Shown in pieces: positions 49,278 through 59,183 of a stretch of 64,000 nt of DNA. The stretch is from Acidobacteriota bacterium (lineage in GTDB: Bacteria > Acidobacteriota > UBA890 > WLXD01). Position 1 is the stretch's first letter, and each line of letters starts with the position of its first letter. The position numbers and the translations under genes were made by a program. A model generated the notes under the pieces. It was not told the DNA's origin, did not search any database, and saw only the letters and a program-made list of their open reading frames with translations. The stretch is from NCBI GenBank assembly GCA_965248695.1, contig CBDFKD010000002.1, positions 736,001 through 800,000 on the forward strand. Direction: 5' to 3'.

Positions 49278-51983
49278 TCAGTCGGAGCGCAGGCTCACCA
49301 CAGGGTCGACGGCAAGCGCCCGGAGCGCTGGCACATAGCTGGCGAGGAGGGTGACCAGAATCAACACGCCCGGAACGCCGAAGTAGATGAGCGGTTCATT
49401 GGCGTCGATGCCCTCGAGCACCGAAGCCAGGATGCGGCCCACCGGGATTGCCAGCGCGACGCCGACGCCAATGCCGATCAGGGCTAGCAAGAGCCCGCGG
49501 GTCATGACGAGACGCAGCACATCGGTACGTCGAGCGCCAAGTGCGACTCGGATCCCGACCTCTCGAGAGCGTTGTGCCACCAGATAGGCGAGCACGCCAT
49601 ACAGTCCGACCGCGGCAAGCAGCAGGGCGGTGGCGCCGAACACGGCCATGAGCCTCGTAGGCAGCTGCACCACGAACAGCGACGTGTCGACGATCTCTCG
49701 CAGCGTCCGCACGTCGTCGACCGGGATCGTCGGGTCGACTGTCCAGACTGCCTGCCGCACGCTCGCGGCAAGCGCGGCGGGATCCGGACCTTCGCCGCGA
49801 ATGGTCACGTACATGCGGCGCCACGAATCGGCCTGCTCGTACGGGGCGAAGAACGCCTGGTCGGGCGGTTGCAGCAGCGAGCTGTGCCGGAACGACTTGA
49901 CGATGCCGACGATCGTCATCCATTCGTCGGAACCGGCTTCCCGGATCCGCATGCCGATCGGATTGCCCTCTGGCAGGTATTGAAGCAGCGCTTCGTTGAC
50001 GACAATCACCAGCGGCGCGGAGGCGTCGTCGGTCTTCTCTATCAAGCGGCCGGCGACGAGCTCGGCGTGCATCGCCTCCAGGTAACCCGGGGTGACCTGC
50101 CTGAATCCGGTTGACACATAGTTGTCGGGGACTCCCTCGGCCACGAAAGCAGTCCGATTGTTGCCGAATGTGAGCGGCAGGATCGTGCTGGCCCCGGCTT
50201 CGGTCACGCCTGGGAGCATTCGGATTGCCGCGATTGCATCTGCGTAGAAAGCCCGCCGCGGCTCAGGATCGTCGTACCGCGGTCCGCTGAGGGCTAGCTC
50301 GGCCGTCAGGACCCCGGCTGGCTCGAAACCCGGATCGGTCTGTAACAGCCCTGCGAACCCCTTGACCATTAGCCCGGCGCCGGCGACCAGCACGACCGAG
50401 ACGGCTACCTCGCAGACCACCAGCATGCCGCGCAAACGACTTCGCGACACCGCATCCCGCGCAGCTCCGGATCCGGCGCGCAAGGCCCCTTGAAGGTCGG
50501 GGCGCGCGGCGCGCAGAGCGGGAGCGAGGCCGAATACCAGGCTTGTCAGCGCCGCCAGCGCGAACGTCGCCGCCATGACCCGCGGTTCTGCCCCGGCCTC
50601 AATCGCGCTGCTCGGGATCGTCTCCGCCACGAACGTCGGCAGGCTCGCCGTCAGGCTGGCACCGGCGATGTGCGAAAGGACCACACCGATGGCGCCACCG
50701 ATCAGGGCAACGAGCGCCGACTCGGTGAGCAGCTGTCGTACGACCCGCGCGCGAGAAGCTCCCAGCGACATGCGGACTGCGATCTCCGCGCGTCGCGATG
50801 ACGCCTTGGCGAGCAGCAAATTGGCGACGTTGGCGCAGCAGATCAGCAGCACGAAGGCAATTGTCGCCAGCAACACCCCGAGCGCGGGTCGCATCGGCTC
50901 GCTCATCTGGTGTCGCAATGCCACGGCTCGGGCACTGGTTCCACCGTTGCTGATCTCGTGCTCCTCGGCGAGTTGCCCCATGATCGCCTCGAGCTCCGTG
51001 CTGGCGTCCGTGGGCGTGGCACCCTTGACCAGGCGCCCGATCGGCACCACGTGTCGGTGGCGGCGGGTCTCGGTCAGATCCTCCGTGGTGAACTGTATCG
51101 GCTTCCATAGATCGCCACGCCGTTGCAGCATCGGGTAGTCGAATCCTTGCGGCATGATGCCGACGACGGTGTGCTCGCGGTCGTCGATAACCAGGCTGTC
51201 GCCGAGTAGCTCGGGATCGCCGCCCAGCCGTTGCCAGAGCTGCCAGCCGAGCACTACAACGGCGTCGGCGCCCGGTTTGCCGTCTTCCTCGACGAAGCCG
51301 CGTCCCAACAGCGGCTCGACGCGCAACACGTCGAACACGTTCGCCGTCGTCAGATAGCCACGCAGTCCTACGGGCTCATCGCCCCCGGTGAGGTTGGCTT
51401 CCCAGATGTTGTGGAAGGCGATGTCCTCGAACGTGTCACTCCGAGCACGCCAGTCGGCCCAGTCGGGAATCGAGCTGGCGTTGTACGCCGCGCCTCGATC
51501 CGGGTAGGTCGTCCAAATGACCGCCAGACGGTGATAGTCGCCGTAGGGGAGCTCGGAGAACATCAACGCGTAGACCATGCCGAAAATCGTCGCGTTGGCG
51601 GCCATACCAAGAGCCAGCGTGAATACTGCCACGGCCGTGAAGCCAGGAGCGCGGGCCAGACCGCGCACGCCGTAGCGGAGGTCCTGGGTCAGCTGAGCGA
51701 GCCAGACACTCCAGCTCGGGCCTCGATCCGATGGGCGATTGTTGCCGAGTCCGCGCTGCGGGGGCCCGTGGCGGAGCCCGGCGGTGCGTTCGCGTAGCCC
51801 ATCGCGGACCACGTTGAGGATGGTGCGCAGCCCGAGCAGCAGGGCGGCAGGGCGGCCCTCCTGGGACAGCGTGTCGACGTACAGCGAGCCAAAGTCGGCA
51901 ACCGCCATGTCGCCGTAGCGTCGACGAAACGAGCGCGGATACGCGGTCAACAGGAACCGGTACAGCTTCGTCGGTGCACGCAT
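49278..51983 (-). CDS. ADOP-type duplicated MacB-like ABC permease
   Basis: QDLRYGVRGLARAPGFT, LLICCANVANLLL, GLYGVLAY...REVGIRVALGA. Confidence 0.9.
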   Translation of the reverse strand: MRAPTKLYRFLLTAYPRSFRRRYGDMAVADFGSLYVDTLSQEGRPAALLLGLRTILNVVRDGLRERTAGLRHGPPQRGLGNNRPSDRGPSWSVWLAQLTQDLRYGVRGLARAPGFTAVAVFTLALGMAANATIFGMVYALMFSELPYGDYHRLAVIWTTYPDRGAAYNASSIPDWADWRARSDTFEDIAFHNIWEANLTGGDEPVGLRGYLTTANVFDVLRVEPLLGRGFVEEDGKPGADAVVVLGWQLWQRLGGDPELLGDSLVIDDREHTVVGIMPQGFDYPMLQRRGDLWKPIQFTTEDLTETRRHRHVVPIGRLVKGATPTDASTELEAIMGQLAEEHEISNGGTSARAVALRHQMSEPMRPALGVLLATIAFVLLICCANVANLLLAKASSRRAEIAVRMSLGASRARVVRQLLTESALVALIGGAIGVVLSHIAGASLTASLPTFVAETIPSSAIEAGAEPRVMAATFALAALTSLVFGLAPALRAARPDLQGALRAGSGAARDAVSRSRLRGMLVVCEVAVSVVLVAGAGLMVKGFAGLLQTDPGFEPAGVLTAELALSGPRYDDPEPRRAFYADAIAAIRMLPGVTEAGASTILPLTFGNNRTAFVAEGVPDNYVSTGFRQVTPGYLEAMHAELVAGRLIEKTDDASAPLVIVVNEALLQYLPEGNPIGMRIREAGSDEWMTIVGIVKSFRHSSLLQPPDQAFFAPYEQADSWRRMYVTIRGEGPDPAALAASVRQAVWTVDPTIPVDDVRTLREIVDTSLFVVQLPTRLMAVFGATALLLAAVGLYGVLAYLVAQRSREVGIRVALGARRTDVLRLVMTRGLLLALIGIGVGVALAIPVGRILASVLEGIDANEPLIYFGVPGVLILVTLLASYVPALRALAVDPVVSLRSD

Positions 51984-51986
51984 CGG

Positions 51987-52322
51987 CTAGCGCCGCGAGG
52001 CGGGTAGGAGGCGCTTGCTGCGCGCCGAATCGACGAGTTGCTCGAGCCGCGATGCCTCGGTGGTCAGCACCGAGCGGCCGACGTCGGTGAGCTCGTAGTG
52101 TCGCCGCCGTTGGGCGTCCGGGTCGTGCTCGTGCACCAACCCGTCGCGCGACAGGCGCCGCAACGATCGGTACAAGTTGGCCGGATCCATCCGCACGGCT
52201 CCCTCAGTCTCCTCGGCAATGCTCTGCAGGATGGCGTACCCGTGGCAACGTCCGTCAGCGAGCGCCATGAGGATGAGGAAGTCGCGTGGCGCGAGCGGCT
52301 CGGCAGGTGCTGTGGTTGCCAT
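51987..52322 (-). CDS. PadR-family transcriptional regulator
   Basis: ILMAL...HGYAI, NLYRSLRRL, RRHYELT..G. Confidence 0.9.
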   Translation of the reverse strand: MATTAPAEPLAPRDFLILMALADGRCHGYAILQSIAEETEGAVRMDPANLYRSLRRLSRDGLVHEHDPDAQRRRHYELTDVGRSVLTTEASRLEQLVDSARSKRLLPASRR

Positions 52323-52394
52323 TCGTGGCGCTCCGAATTCCGTATGGGGGACGTGATCAACAGGCCGCGTGACCGAGGCGACGTGGCCAGCAAG

Positions 52395-52430
52395 ACGGTA
52401 CGAGTCGATCGACTAGTAGTCAAGTGACTA
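52395..52430 (-). promoter_or_regulatory. Sigma70-type promoter with palindromic operator for padR-permease
   Basis: Minus strand TTGACT-17 bp-TACCGT; perfect palindrome AGTCGATCGACT (52403-52414) in the spacer; TAGTCA-AG-TGACTA over the -35. Confidence 0.65.
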
Positions 52431-53258
52431 TTACGGCGCCGCTGCCCACACAGCCTGGGCGACCTGGACGCGATCCTCCTCCAGATTGCGTAGCAGGTTG
52501 GCGAACTTGGTCGCCGCGTCATCGCCCATCAGCAGGTGCAGCCCTAGAGGCCTCCGGCCGTCGGCCTGCAGGCGCTTCAGCGCTGTGCGAAAGAAGGCCC
52601 GCGAAGCATCTGTCTTGTCCTCCGAGCGTTCCTCCGCGAGTCCCTTGCCGGAGAGCACGGCGCGGGCGGCGTCGACAGCGACAAGATGACTGATGGACGC
52701 GTCCGAAGCCCACGGGACTGGAAAATGTACGCCCTCCACAGCCCCAGCGAAGACATCGTGGAAAGCGAGCCTACCGCCGGGCTTCAGCACTCGGGCGAGC
52801 TCACCATAGAAGCCCGCCTTGTCGGCGACGTTCATCTGCACGTGCTCGGTCCAGACGACGTCGAATTCATCGTCGGGAAACGGCAATTCGAGCGCGCTCC
52901 CCAGACGGAACGACGTGCGATCCGACAAGCCGACGCGCGCCGAGAGCATCTCGGCCACACGGCAAAACTCCGCCGTCAGATCCACCCCGATGACGTTGCA
53001 ACCGACAGTGGCGGCGAGATGTCGGCTCGTGCCGCCCAGACCACAGCCGACGTCGAGGAGCCGGTGTGCGGGCTCGACCTGGACCCAATCCGCCAGCTCT
53101 TCGGTGGCGGCCCGTCCGCGGATGTGGAACTGGTCCACCGGGGCGAGGTCGTCGACCGTGAGCTGGTCGAGGTCGATTCCGGACGCCTCCAGGGCGCCCA
53201 AGATACGACTCTCCAGGTTGCCGACGGAGTAGTGGTCAGGCACCGAGTTGCTGGTCAT
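52431..53258 (-). CDS. Class I SAM-dependent methyltransferase
   Basis: DQFHIRG, LLDVGCGLGG, GVDLT, FDVVWTEHVQMN, RVLKPGG. Confidence 0.88.
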   Translation of the reverse strand: MTSNSVPDHYSVGNLESRILGALEASGIDLDQLTVDDLAPVDQFHIRGRAATEELADWVQVEPAHRLLDVGCGLGGTSRHLAATVGCNVIGVDLTAEFCRVAEMLSARVGLSDRTSFRLGSALELPFPDDEFDVVWTEHVQMNVADKAGFYGELARVLKPGGRLAFHDVFAGAVEGVHFPVPWASDASISHLVAVDAARAVLSGKGLAEERSEDKTDASRAFFRTALKRLQADGRRPLGLHLLMGDDAATKFANLLRNLEEDRVQVAQAVWAAAP

Positions 53259-53285
53259 GGCAAGGGATGGTCGAGGTCGGGCTGG

Positions 53286-54770
53286 CTACAGGTCCATTAC
53301 CGCCTCGATATCCGCATCGATAGGCGGTGGAGCGCTCATACTGGAGATGCCCAGGAACAACGTCAGCGAGACGGCGAGCGAGAACGCCCCGATGTCGATG
53401 TTGAATGGCATTGTCACGCCCGCGACCTTGACGCCGAAGTTGATCAGCAGGCTGGAGATCACGGCGACGTTGGCCGCCAGCGGCGTGGCGCGCTTCCAGT
53501 TCAGGCCGATGGCGACCACCGGGACGAGCGCGGCCGCGAAGGTGCCCCATCCGAAAGCGCCGAGCAACGCCACCAGGTCTCCCGTGTAGAGGGCGAAGAG
53601 GGCCGCTGCCACGGCGATCGCCACGGTCGTCACCCGCGCCCACAGCAACTCGTGTTTCGGCCGCTTACCTCGCAACGCTTTGGGGAGATCGTGCACCACG
53701 GCGGCAGTGCCGATGTTCAGGAACCCGTCGGCGGTGGACATGATGGCGGCAAACAGACCCGCGAACACTACGCCCGCGAGCAGGGGATGCGCATAGTTCT
53801 GCAAGAACTGGGGCGCCGCCGCGTCCGGGCTCGCCAGCGCCGGATGTGCGCCAGTAACGACCAGGGCGCGCATCACCAGCCCGATACCGATCCACAGCAG
53901 CCCCGACAGCGCGAACCCCGCTGCCGCCACCGGCAGAATGTACCGGGCGTCGCTGATCCGCTTGTTCATCATGATCTTGGTGACCACGTGCGGCTGGCCG
54001 CAACTGCCGAGGCCGAATACGAAGAACCACGACAGGCAGCCGATCATGCCGAGCGTGCCCCAAGGTCCGATGGCCTCTGGATCGTCGGCCAGGATGACCT
54101 GGTTCATCTCCGTGATTCCGCCGTCGAAGGTGAACGCCACCGTCAGGAATACCAACGCGGCCGCGACGATCATCACCGCTCCCTGGATCAGATCGGTGTA
54201 GACGGATGCGACGATGCCTCCGGAAACCGAGTAGAACACCAGGACGGCGCAAGAGATGAGCACGCACAGCTCCAGCCCTACGAACGGCAGCGCGGCCGAC
54301 TGGCGCAGCACCTCCTGCAGCACGATCGCCATGGCCAGAATCTGAGTCGCCAGGTAGCCCATGACCCCGAGCAGGATCGCCACCGAGACCCAAGCGCGCA
54401 CGGACTCGCTGCGGTACCTGGCCGCTACCACGTCGGGTAGGGACACGCACTCGCGTAGCTCGGCGAAGAGCCGGATACGCTTCCCCAGAAGGGAAAACGA
54501 GATTAAATAACCGGCCGTGCTGCATACCACCATCCAGACCGAGCTCATGCCCATGCGGTAGACGAGCCCTGGTCCACCGACGAACCCGAAGCCGCTGAGG
54601 GTGCTCGAGAACACGGCGAAGGCGGTCAGCATTACTCCCAGGTCACGACCGGCCATGAAGAAGTCGCGCGTCGAGCGGGTTCGGCGCAGGGCCCAGATGC
54701 CGACCGAGATGCAGATCAGCATGTAGATCCCGACCGACAGCAGAACGATGGTGCCGCGCGCACCCTCCAT
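53286..54770 (-). CDS. Sodium:solute symporter (PutP/PanF-like)
   Basis: DFFMAGR, SGFGFVGGPG, VYTDLIQG, GQPH, FAAIMSTAD. Confidence 0.9.
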   Translation of the reverse strand: MEGARGTIVLLSVGIYMLICISVGIWALRRTRSTRDFFMAGRDLGVMLTAFAVFSSTLSGFGFVGGPGLVYRMGMSSVWMVVCSTAGYLISFSLLGKRIRLFAELRECVSLPDVVAARYRSESVRAWVSVAILLGVMGYLATQILAMAIVLQEVLRQSAALPFVGLELCVLISCAVLVFYSVSGGIVASVYTDLIQGAVMIVAAALVFLTVAFTFDGGITEMNQVILADDPEAIGPWGTLGMIGCLSWFFVFGLGSCGQPHVVTKIMMNKRISDARYILPVAAAGFALSGLLWIGIGLVMRALVVTGAHPALASPDAAAPQFLQNYAHPLLAGVVFAGLFAAIMSTADGFLNIGTAAVVHDLPKALRGKRPKHELLWARVTTVAIAVAAALFALYTGDLVALLGAFGWGTFAAALVPVVAIGLNWKRATPLAANVAVISSLLINFGVKVAGVTMPFNIDIGAFSLAVSLTLFLGISSMSAPPPIDADIEAVMDL

Positions 54771-55342
54771 CAGGCCGATCCGCGCTTTCGTCGGTTCTCG
54801 TCGACGAGTTGTCTGAACCGGGCGAGGTCGTCGTCCGTGAGGACCCACCGGTCGAACATCGTCATGTACAAGGCGACGAAGAGGATGGGGAAGAGCCAGA
54901 CGCCATAGAGCATCCAGGCGGTTGGCAGCGGGAAGCCGCCGAAGAACGGCACCTCGGTGTCTCCGGCATAGCGTGCATAGGTGGCCGTGAGGGCAGCGAA
55001 CACGATCCCGTAACCACCGAATCCGATCATCATCCGTCTACTCAGTGGGGTGCCGGTGCCGCGCTTGCCCAGGCCTATCCACACGCAGGTCGCCATGATG
55101 GCCAGGATCAGCAAGCTCATGACGAAGCCGACCCAGAGCGCGCCGCTCTGCGCAGCGATCCCGCCAGTGCTCTGGAGCATCGAAGCCGACACCGGGTGTG
55201 GCTGCGCCGTGGGCGTCGAAGCCGCCGGTAGCAGACGGCTGGCGCTCATCAAGACGACCATGGCAGTGGCCAACCCCAGCAGGATGGCGCCCGCACGGCC
55301 CGAAGAGCGGTTCGGGGTATCGGCGGTTCGATCGGCGCTCAC
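54770..55342 (-). CDS. Membrane protein, probable symporter partner
   Basis: Hydrophobic segments, FGGFPLPTAW; stop overlaps the symporter start. Confidence 0.6.
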   Translation of the reverse strand: MSADRTADTPNRSSGRAGAILLGLATAMVVLMSASRLLPAASTPTAQPHPVSASMLQSTGGIAAQSGALWVGFVMSLLILAIMATCVWIGLGKRGTGTPLSRRMMIGFGGYGIVFAALTATYARYAGDTEVPFFGGFPLPTAWMLYGVWLFPILFVALYMTMFDRWVLTDDDLARFRQLVDENRRKRGSA

Positions 55343-55686
55343 AAGCTAGGGGGCCGTTCGTGACGCGGTTCGTACACTCCGAGCTCCCCTCCACCGGGTA
55401 GCGTCAGGGCGGTCACCAGACCCCAACCCTGGTCTTGCACTGGATTGGTGGAAACGCTGCGCTCGCTCATCTGGACGACGAACGCCGCGATGTCGTCGCA
55501 CATCAGATACAGCTCGTGCACGTTGTTCTTTTCCGATGGATGCACGGCAACCTCTGACGGCGGTAGGCCGAAGATCAGCCAGCCGTCGCCAACGTCGACG
55601 TTCGGCAGCCCGATCACGTCGCGCAGAAAGTCGCGGTCAGCTTCGGAGTCCGTGCTGGAAATGATCACATGTGCTCCGTTGACCAT
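55339..55686 (-). CDS. VOC/glyoxalase-like protein
   Basis: GAHVIISSTD, WLIFGLPPSEVAVHP, DQGWG, LGVYEPRH. Confidence 0.82.
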   Translation of the reverse strand: MVNGAHVIISSTDSEADRDFLRDVIGLPNVDVGDGWLIFGLPPSEVAVHPSEKNNVHELYLMCDDIAAFVVQMSERSVSTNPVQDQGWGLVTALTLPGGGELGVYEPRHERPPSL

Positions 55687-55791
55687 GGTTGTCTGCCTCT
55701 TGGTGGCTTGTCACTCAGGGCGCCGCGCTGATGACTGGGCGTTTCAATTTACTTGGAGGGATGCTTCCCACGCTCGTCCAAGCCTCAGACT

Positions 55792-56148
55792 CTATGTGCC
55801 AAAGGTCATCCAGCCGACGAACAGAATCATCACTACCAACAGGTACGCCAGCGGAATCCACGCCAGGTTGCGGCTGATCGCGACCTTGCCGGCGTATTTG
55901 AAGGCGCCGGCGGCGGCGAGGGCGACGAGGAACACCAGCGGATAGGCGAGCGAGGTGAGCTGGAATCCGGTCGCCACCATGGTGATGAGCGGCCCGTCGT
56001 TCGGATTCTGAACCGCCGCGAGGCTCATCACGTTGGCGATTGCTACCAGCGGCCAGATCCCGAGCGGCAGTGCTCCGAGGACCCACAGGACGAAAGCGGG
56101 GATCTTCGGCTTGCCACCAGGATCGCTTGGTTCCGTCAGGTTCGCCAC
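55792..56148 (-). CDS. Small membrane protein, function unknown
   Basis: Three hydrophobic segments; GGAG upstream of the GTG start. Confidence 0.6.
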   Translation of the reverse strand: MANLTEPSDPGGKPKIPAFVLWVLGALPLGIWPLVAIANVMSLAAVQNPNDGPLITMVATGFQLTSLAYPLVFLVALAAAGAFKYAGKVAISRNLAWIPLAYLLVVMILFVGWMTFGT

Positions 56149-56171
56149 GATGGAGACTCCGGCCGGCCGGT

Positions 56172-56876
56172 TCAGGCAGCGTATAGCTTCTTCTTGATGT
56201 AGTCGCTCGTCAGGTGCTTGAGCACATCGAGGGGCTCACAGCCGGTATCGCCATAGTCGACCTCCACGGGCCCGATCGCCTTGGCCGCCTTGATCGCTGC
56301 CTTGTTGAGCTTGCGGTTGCGTTTGCCGATGCCCATGAGCGCTGCGAGCAGCGACTCCTTCACCCAGTTTTCCTCACCCTGGATCGACTTCTGGATGCGA
56401 TCGATGTGGGTCAGGAAGAAGTCGTCGCTCGGGGCCGTTTTTCGTTTGTCCTTGGAAACCTCGTACAGCAGCGCGTTGCCGCAGCTACGACGGGTCGCGT
56501 CCTTACTGACGACCCATTCGGAGGCGAGGTCGACAGCGAAGGGCGCCTTGGCCAACGGGGCGCCGCACGCGGAGAACACGTGCGCCAGCATTCCTCCGTT
56601 CAGCTGCTCGACCTGTTGTTCGGCCTGCTCGCGGGTCATCTGCTTCGGATCGTCGATCAGGATCCCGATCACCTTGGCGTCGTAAACGTTTGTCTTCCAT
56701 AGCGTTTGCGCGAGCCTGCGGTCGCGGCCGATCTGCTTGGCGAGCTTGCGCTGCTGTGTCAGACCGATGCCGAAGCTCCGGAGGCCGCCGGTATTGACTC
56801 CCGGCTTCTTCCAGTTCTTCATGCCGCGCTCGTTCTTGTTGGCCCTGAGCAGGGCGAGTACCTCTGTCTTGGTCAT
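56172..56876 (-). CDS. DNA alkylation repair enzyme family (AlkD-like)
   Basis: FGIGLTQQRKLAKQI, LW...YDAK, LMGIGKRN, VDYGDTGC. Confidence 0.8.
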   Translation of the reverse strand: MTKTEVLALLRANKNERGMKNWKKPGVNTGGLRSFGIGLTQQRKLAKQIGRDRRLAQTLWKTNVYDAKVIGILIDDPKQMTREQAEQQVEQLNGGMLAHVFSACGAPLAKAPFAVDLASEWVVSKDATRRSCGNALLYEVSKDKRKTAPSDDFFLTHIDRIQKSIQGEENWVKESLLAALMGIGKRNRKLNKAAIKAAKAIGPVEVDYGDTGCEPLDVLKHLTSDYIKKKLYAA

Positions 56877-56980
56877 CGTGTGTATCCCTTGAAACGGAGA
56901 TCGCGCGTGCCGGTCACGCGGTGTGTGCCGCAATTCGGTCGAGGGTACTTTGAGCCATGGTTCTCGATCCAGCGCGCCGC

Positions 56981-57523
56981 TCACGGCCGCTGCCTAGTGA
57001 CCAACGCCGCGATCGAGATCAGGTAGATGACAACGATGATCGCCGGGATCAGGGTGAAGCGATGTTCCGGGAAGAACAACCAGGCGCTGGTGACCAGCCC
57101 CGTACGGACGATGCCGTGGAACAGCCCGACCCAGTGCTGGATCATCCACGAAAGCGGCACCCACATCAGTCCCGCGAGGATGCCGAGGCTCAGCGGCAGG
57201 GAAGATGTCTCCACCAGCCAGAACGGGATGGCGATTCCCCAGACAAGATTGGCCATGAGGATGGTCATCCCGAAGAGCCCGTCGAGCTCGTTCTCACTGT
57301 GCGTACCGAAAAGGTCTTCGCCGGTGAAGCGAGCGATCACGGCGCCGAGCGGGAAGACCGCGCCCAGGCAAAGGAAGAGCGCGATGGCGGCGGCGCCCTC
57401 GTGTAGCAGCGCGCCGAAGATCCCGGCCGCCGTCCATACGATCGTCCCGGCGATGGGCATCGCCAGCATCGGGCTGCCCCCGAAGTCGGCACGCAGCGCG
57501 CTCAGCGTGCGATCAGTTGGCAT
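56981..57523 (-). CDS. Conserved membrane protein (DUF7010-like)
   Basis: AMPIAG, SLPLSLGILAGLMWVPLSWMIQHWVGLFH. Confidence 0.7.
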   Translation of the reverse strand: MPTDRTLSALRADFGGSPMLAMPIAGTIVWTAAGIFGALLHEGAAAIALFLCLGAVFPLGAVIARFTGEDLFGTHSENELDGLFGMTILMANLVWGIAIPFWLVETSSLPLSLGILAGLMWVPLSWMIQHWVGLFHGIVRTGLVTSAWLFFPEHRFTLIPAIIVVIYLISIAALVTRQRP

Positions 57524-57573
57524 CGAGCCCGCCGGTATCGCGGCGGTGGCGCGCGCGGCTGCGGTCCACGTGG

Positions 57574-57933
57574 TCAGCGAGCGAATCCACCGAACGGGGC
57601 CAGATAGGCGGCGCCGAAACCATTGAGCACGGCGCGAACCTCGGAGCTCGGTTCTCCATAGACATTAAGGCTCGTTGGCTCCGCACATTCGAGGAAGCGG
57701 GCCGCGAAATTGGCGTCGAATGATCCGAGGTGCGTCATCACCGCGGCGGAGTCGGCGTAACGCTCATGAATATGGCACGCACTTCCGTCGTCGCTCAAGA
57801 ACCACTCATACACCAGGGTTCCGGCCTCGTTCGCTTCAGTGGCGCCGACCATCTCGCCCATGAGGGCTCGGAAGTCCTCTAGTCGACCATCGCGAACATC
57901 CACGCGCAGGTCCCAGGACACCGCTTCGGCCAT
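57574..57933 (-). CDS. Antibiotic biosynthesis monooxygenase (ABM)-like protein
   Basis: EAGTLVYEWF, HERYADS..VMTHL, VYGEPS. Confidence 0.8.
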   Translation of the reverse strand: MAEAVSWDLRVDVRDGRLEDFRALMGEMVGATEANEAGTLVYEWFLSDDGSACHIHERYADSAAVMTHLGSFDANFAARFLECAEPTSLNVYGEPSSEVRAVLNGFGAAYLAPFGGFAR

Positions 57934-57988
57934 GTGAAGTTCCTCCCTTCTCGCTTGACGGGGCCAGGTCGAGCCTGACCGGTATGGG

Positions 57989-58501
57989 CTAGCCAGGGTC
58001 GCGGTCGCCCAGGGGGCCGACACCGCCGCGGTAGCTCACGTCTTGGAGCTGCACGCTGATGTTGTCTGGATCGGTGAAGTAGAGCTCCTTGGTCTCGCCA
58101 CGAAGGCGGATGTTTGCGTCAATGCCGCGATCGACCAGCTTCTGATGGGTGGCGTCGGCGTCGAAGTTGTCGAGCCCCAGACAGAAGTGGTGGATCGATC
58201 CGGCGGCGCCCGACGGGGCCGGATAGATGCCGAGAAACCCCGCTCCGGTGTCGAGATTCACCCCCGGACCCTGACGCGTCAGCAGCGGCATGCCAAACAG
58301 GTCCTGATAGAAACCGGCTGACCGGGAAATATCCTCGACGAAGACGGTCACGTGGTTCATCTGCCGCGCGGAGCCGATCCCTGACTGCGCTGCAGCGACG
58401 CGCGGCGCGGCGGCAAGTGCGGTCAGGGTACTCAGCAGCTCGCGGGGCGTGAGCTGTCCGTTCTCATATCGGCTGAGCAATTGATCGAGCTCGTTGCTCA
58501 T
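57989..58501 (-). CDS. VOC family protein with a Tat-like leader
   Basis: NHVTVFV, FYQDLFG, HHFCLG, LYFTDPD. Confidence 0.82.
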   Translation of the reverse strand: MSNELDQLLSRYENGQLTPRELLSTLTALAAAPRVAAAQSGIGSARQMNHVTVFVEDISRSAGFYQDLFGMPLLTRQGPGVNLDTGAGFLGIYPAPSGAAGSIHHFCLGLDNFDADATHQKLVDRGIDANIRLRGETKELYFTDPDNISVQLQDVSYRGGVGPLGDRDPG

Positions 58502-58597
58502 AGGCCACTCCTGGCTGCGTGGTTACGTGAGCCGCACGAGTCCCCGTCTGTTGGGAGTTGCACCTAGAGGCCAGGAAACTATCGATCGGAATGCCGC

Positions 58598-59041
58598 TCA
58601 CGCACCCGCTTTCGGGAAGATTTTCTCTCCGTCGTAGTCCCTCATGCCGCAGAATCCGTAAACCTCGAAACCGTTCTCCGCCAACAAAGCCGCGGCACGC
58701 GCGGCTCGCCCACCGCCGTTTCAGGCGGTGAGGATCGGACGATCCCTCGGTAGCTCCTCCAGACGGCCCGCGAGCTCGTCGATGGGAATGTTGGTATAGC
58801 CCTCGACCGTACCGAGCTCCTCGAGCTCGGAGGGCTCGCGCACGTCGAGCAGGAAGACGTCCGCGTTGTGGAGCGCACTGGCAAGCTCATTGCCAGTGAG
58901 CTGCTGGGCTTCGGCCGGCGTTTCGACGGCGGGCTCGTTCACGGGCGCTTCCTCGGCCGGCGGGGCCGATTGGCCCTGGCAGGCGACGCCGACAAGCCCG
59001 AGCGAAAGCACGAGGGCTGCGCCTGACCTGACGTTGTTCAT
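58598..59041 (-). CDS. Rhodanese-domain lipoprotein, selenoprotein (UGA=Sec at 58721-58723)
   Basis: GGAGG RBS, LVGVAC lipobox, LLDVREPSE, NIP; ILTA-U-NGGGRAARAAALLAENGF continues in frame to TGA at 58598. Confidence 0.88.
58687..58707 (-). promoter_or_regulatory. Putative bacterial SECIS hairpin
   Basis: GAGCCGCG-CGUGC-CGCGGCUU starting 13 nt after the UGA; GU in the apical loop. Confidence 0.7.
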
Positions 59042-59183
59042 TGGTTTCCTCCGGTTGTGAGTCCCGTGAAGATACATCGTGGAGGAAACGGGGTCTATGA
59101 ATACGATAGAGACGCCGAGATGGCGGCATCAGGCCAACGAAACACTGCAGGAACGACCGCGGGCCGGCCCGCGCACCACCGTG

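Noticed and set aside
52686-54440. Long antisense or alternate-frame ORFs (this one, 33874-34986, 37611-38654 and others)
   Set aside because: Shadows of real genes in high-GC DNA, with no recognisable motifs.
52431-59041. Integron-like cassette array (many small co-oriented genes)
   Set aside because: No recurring attC-like repeats between the genes and no integrase.
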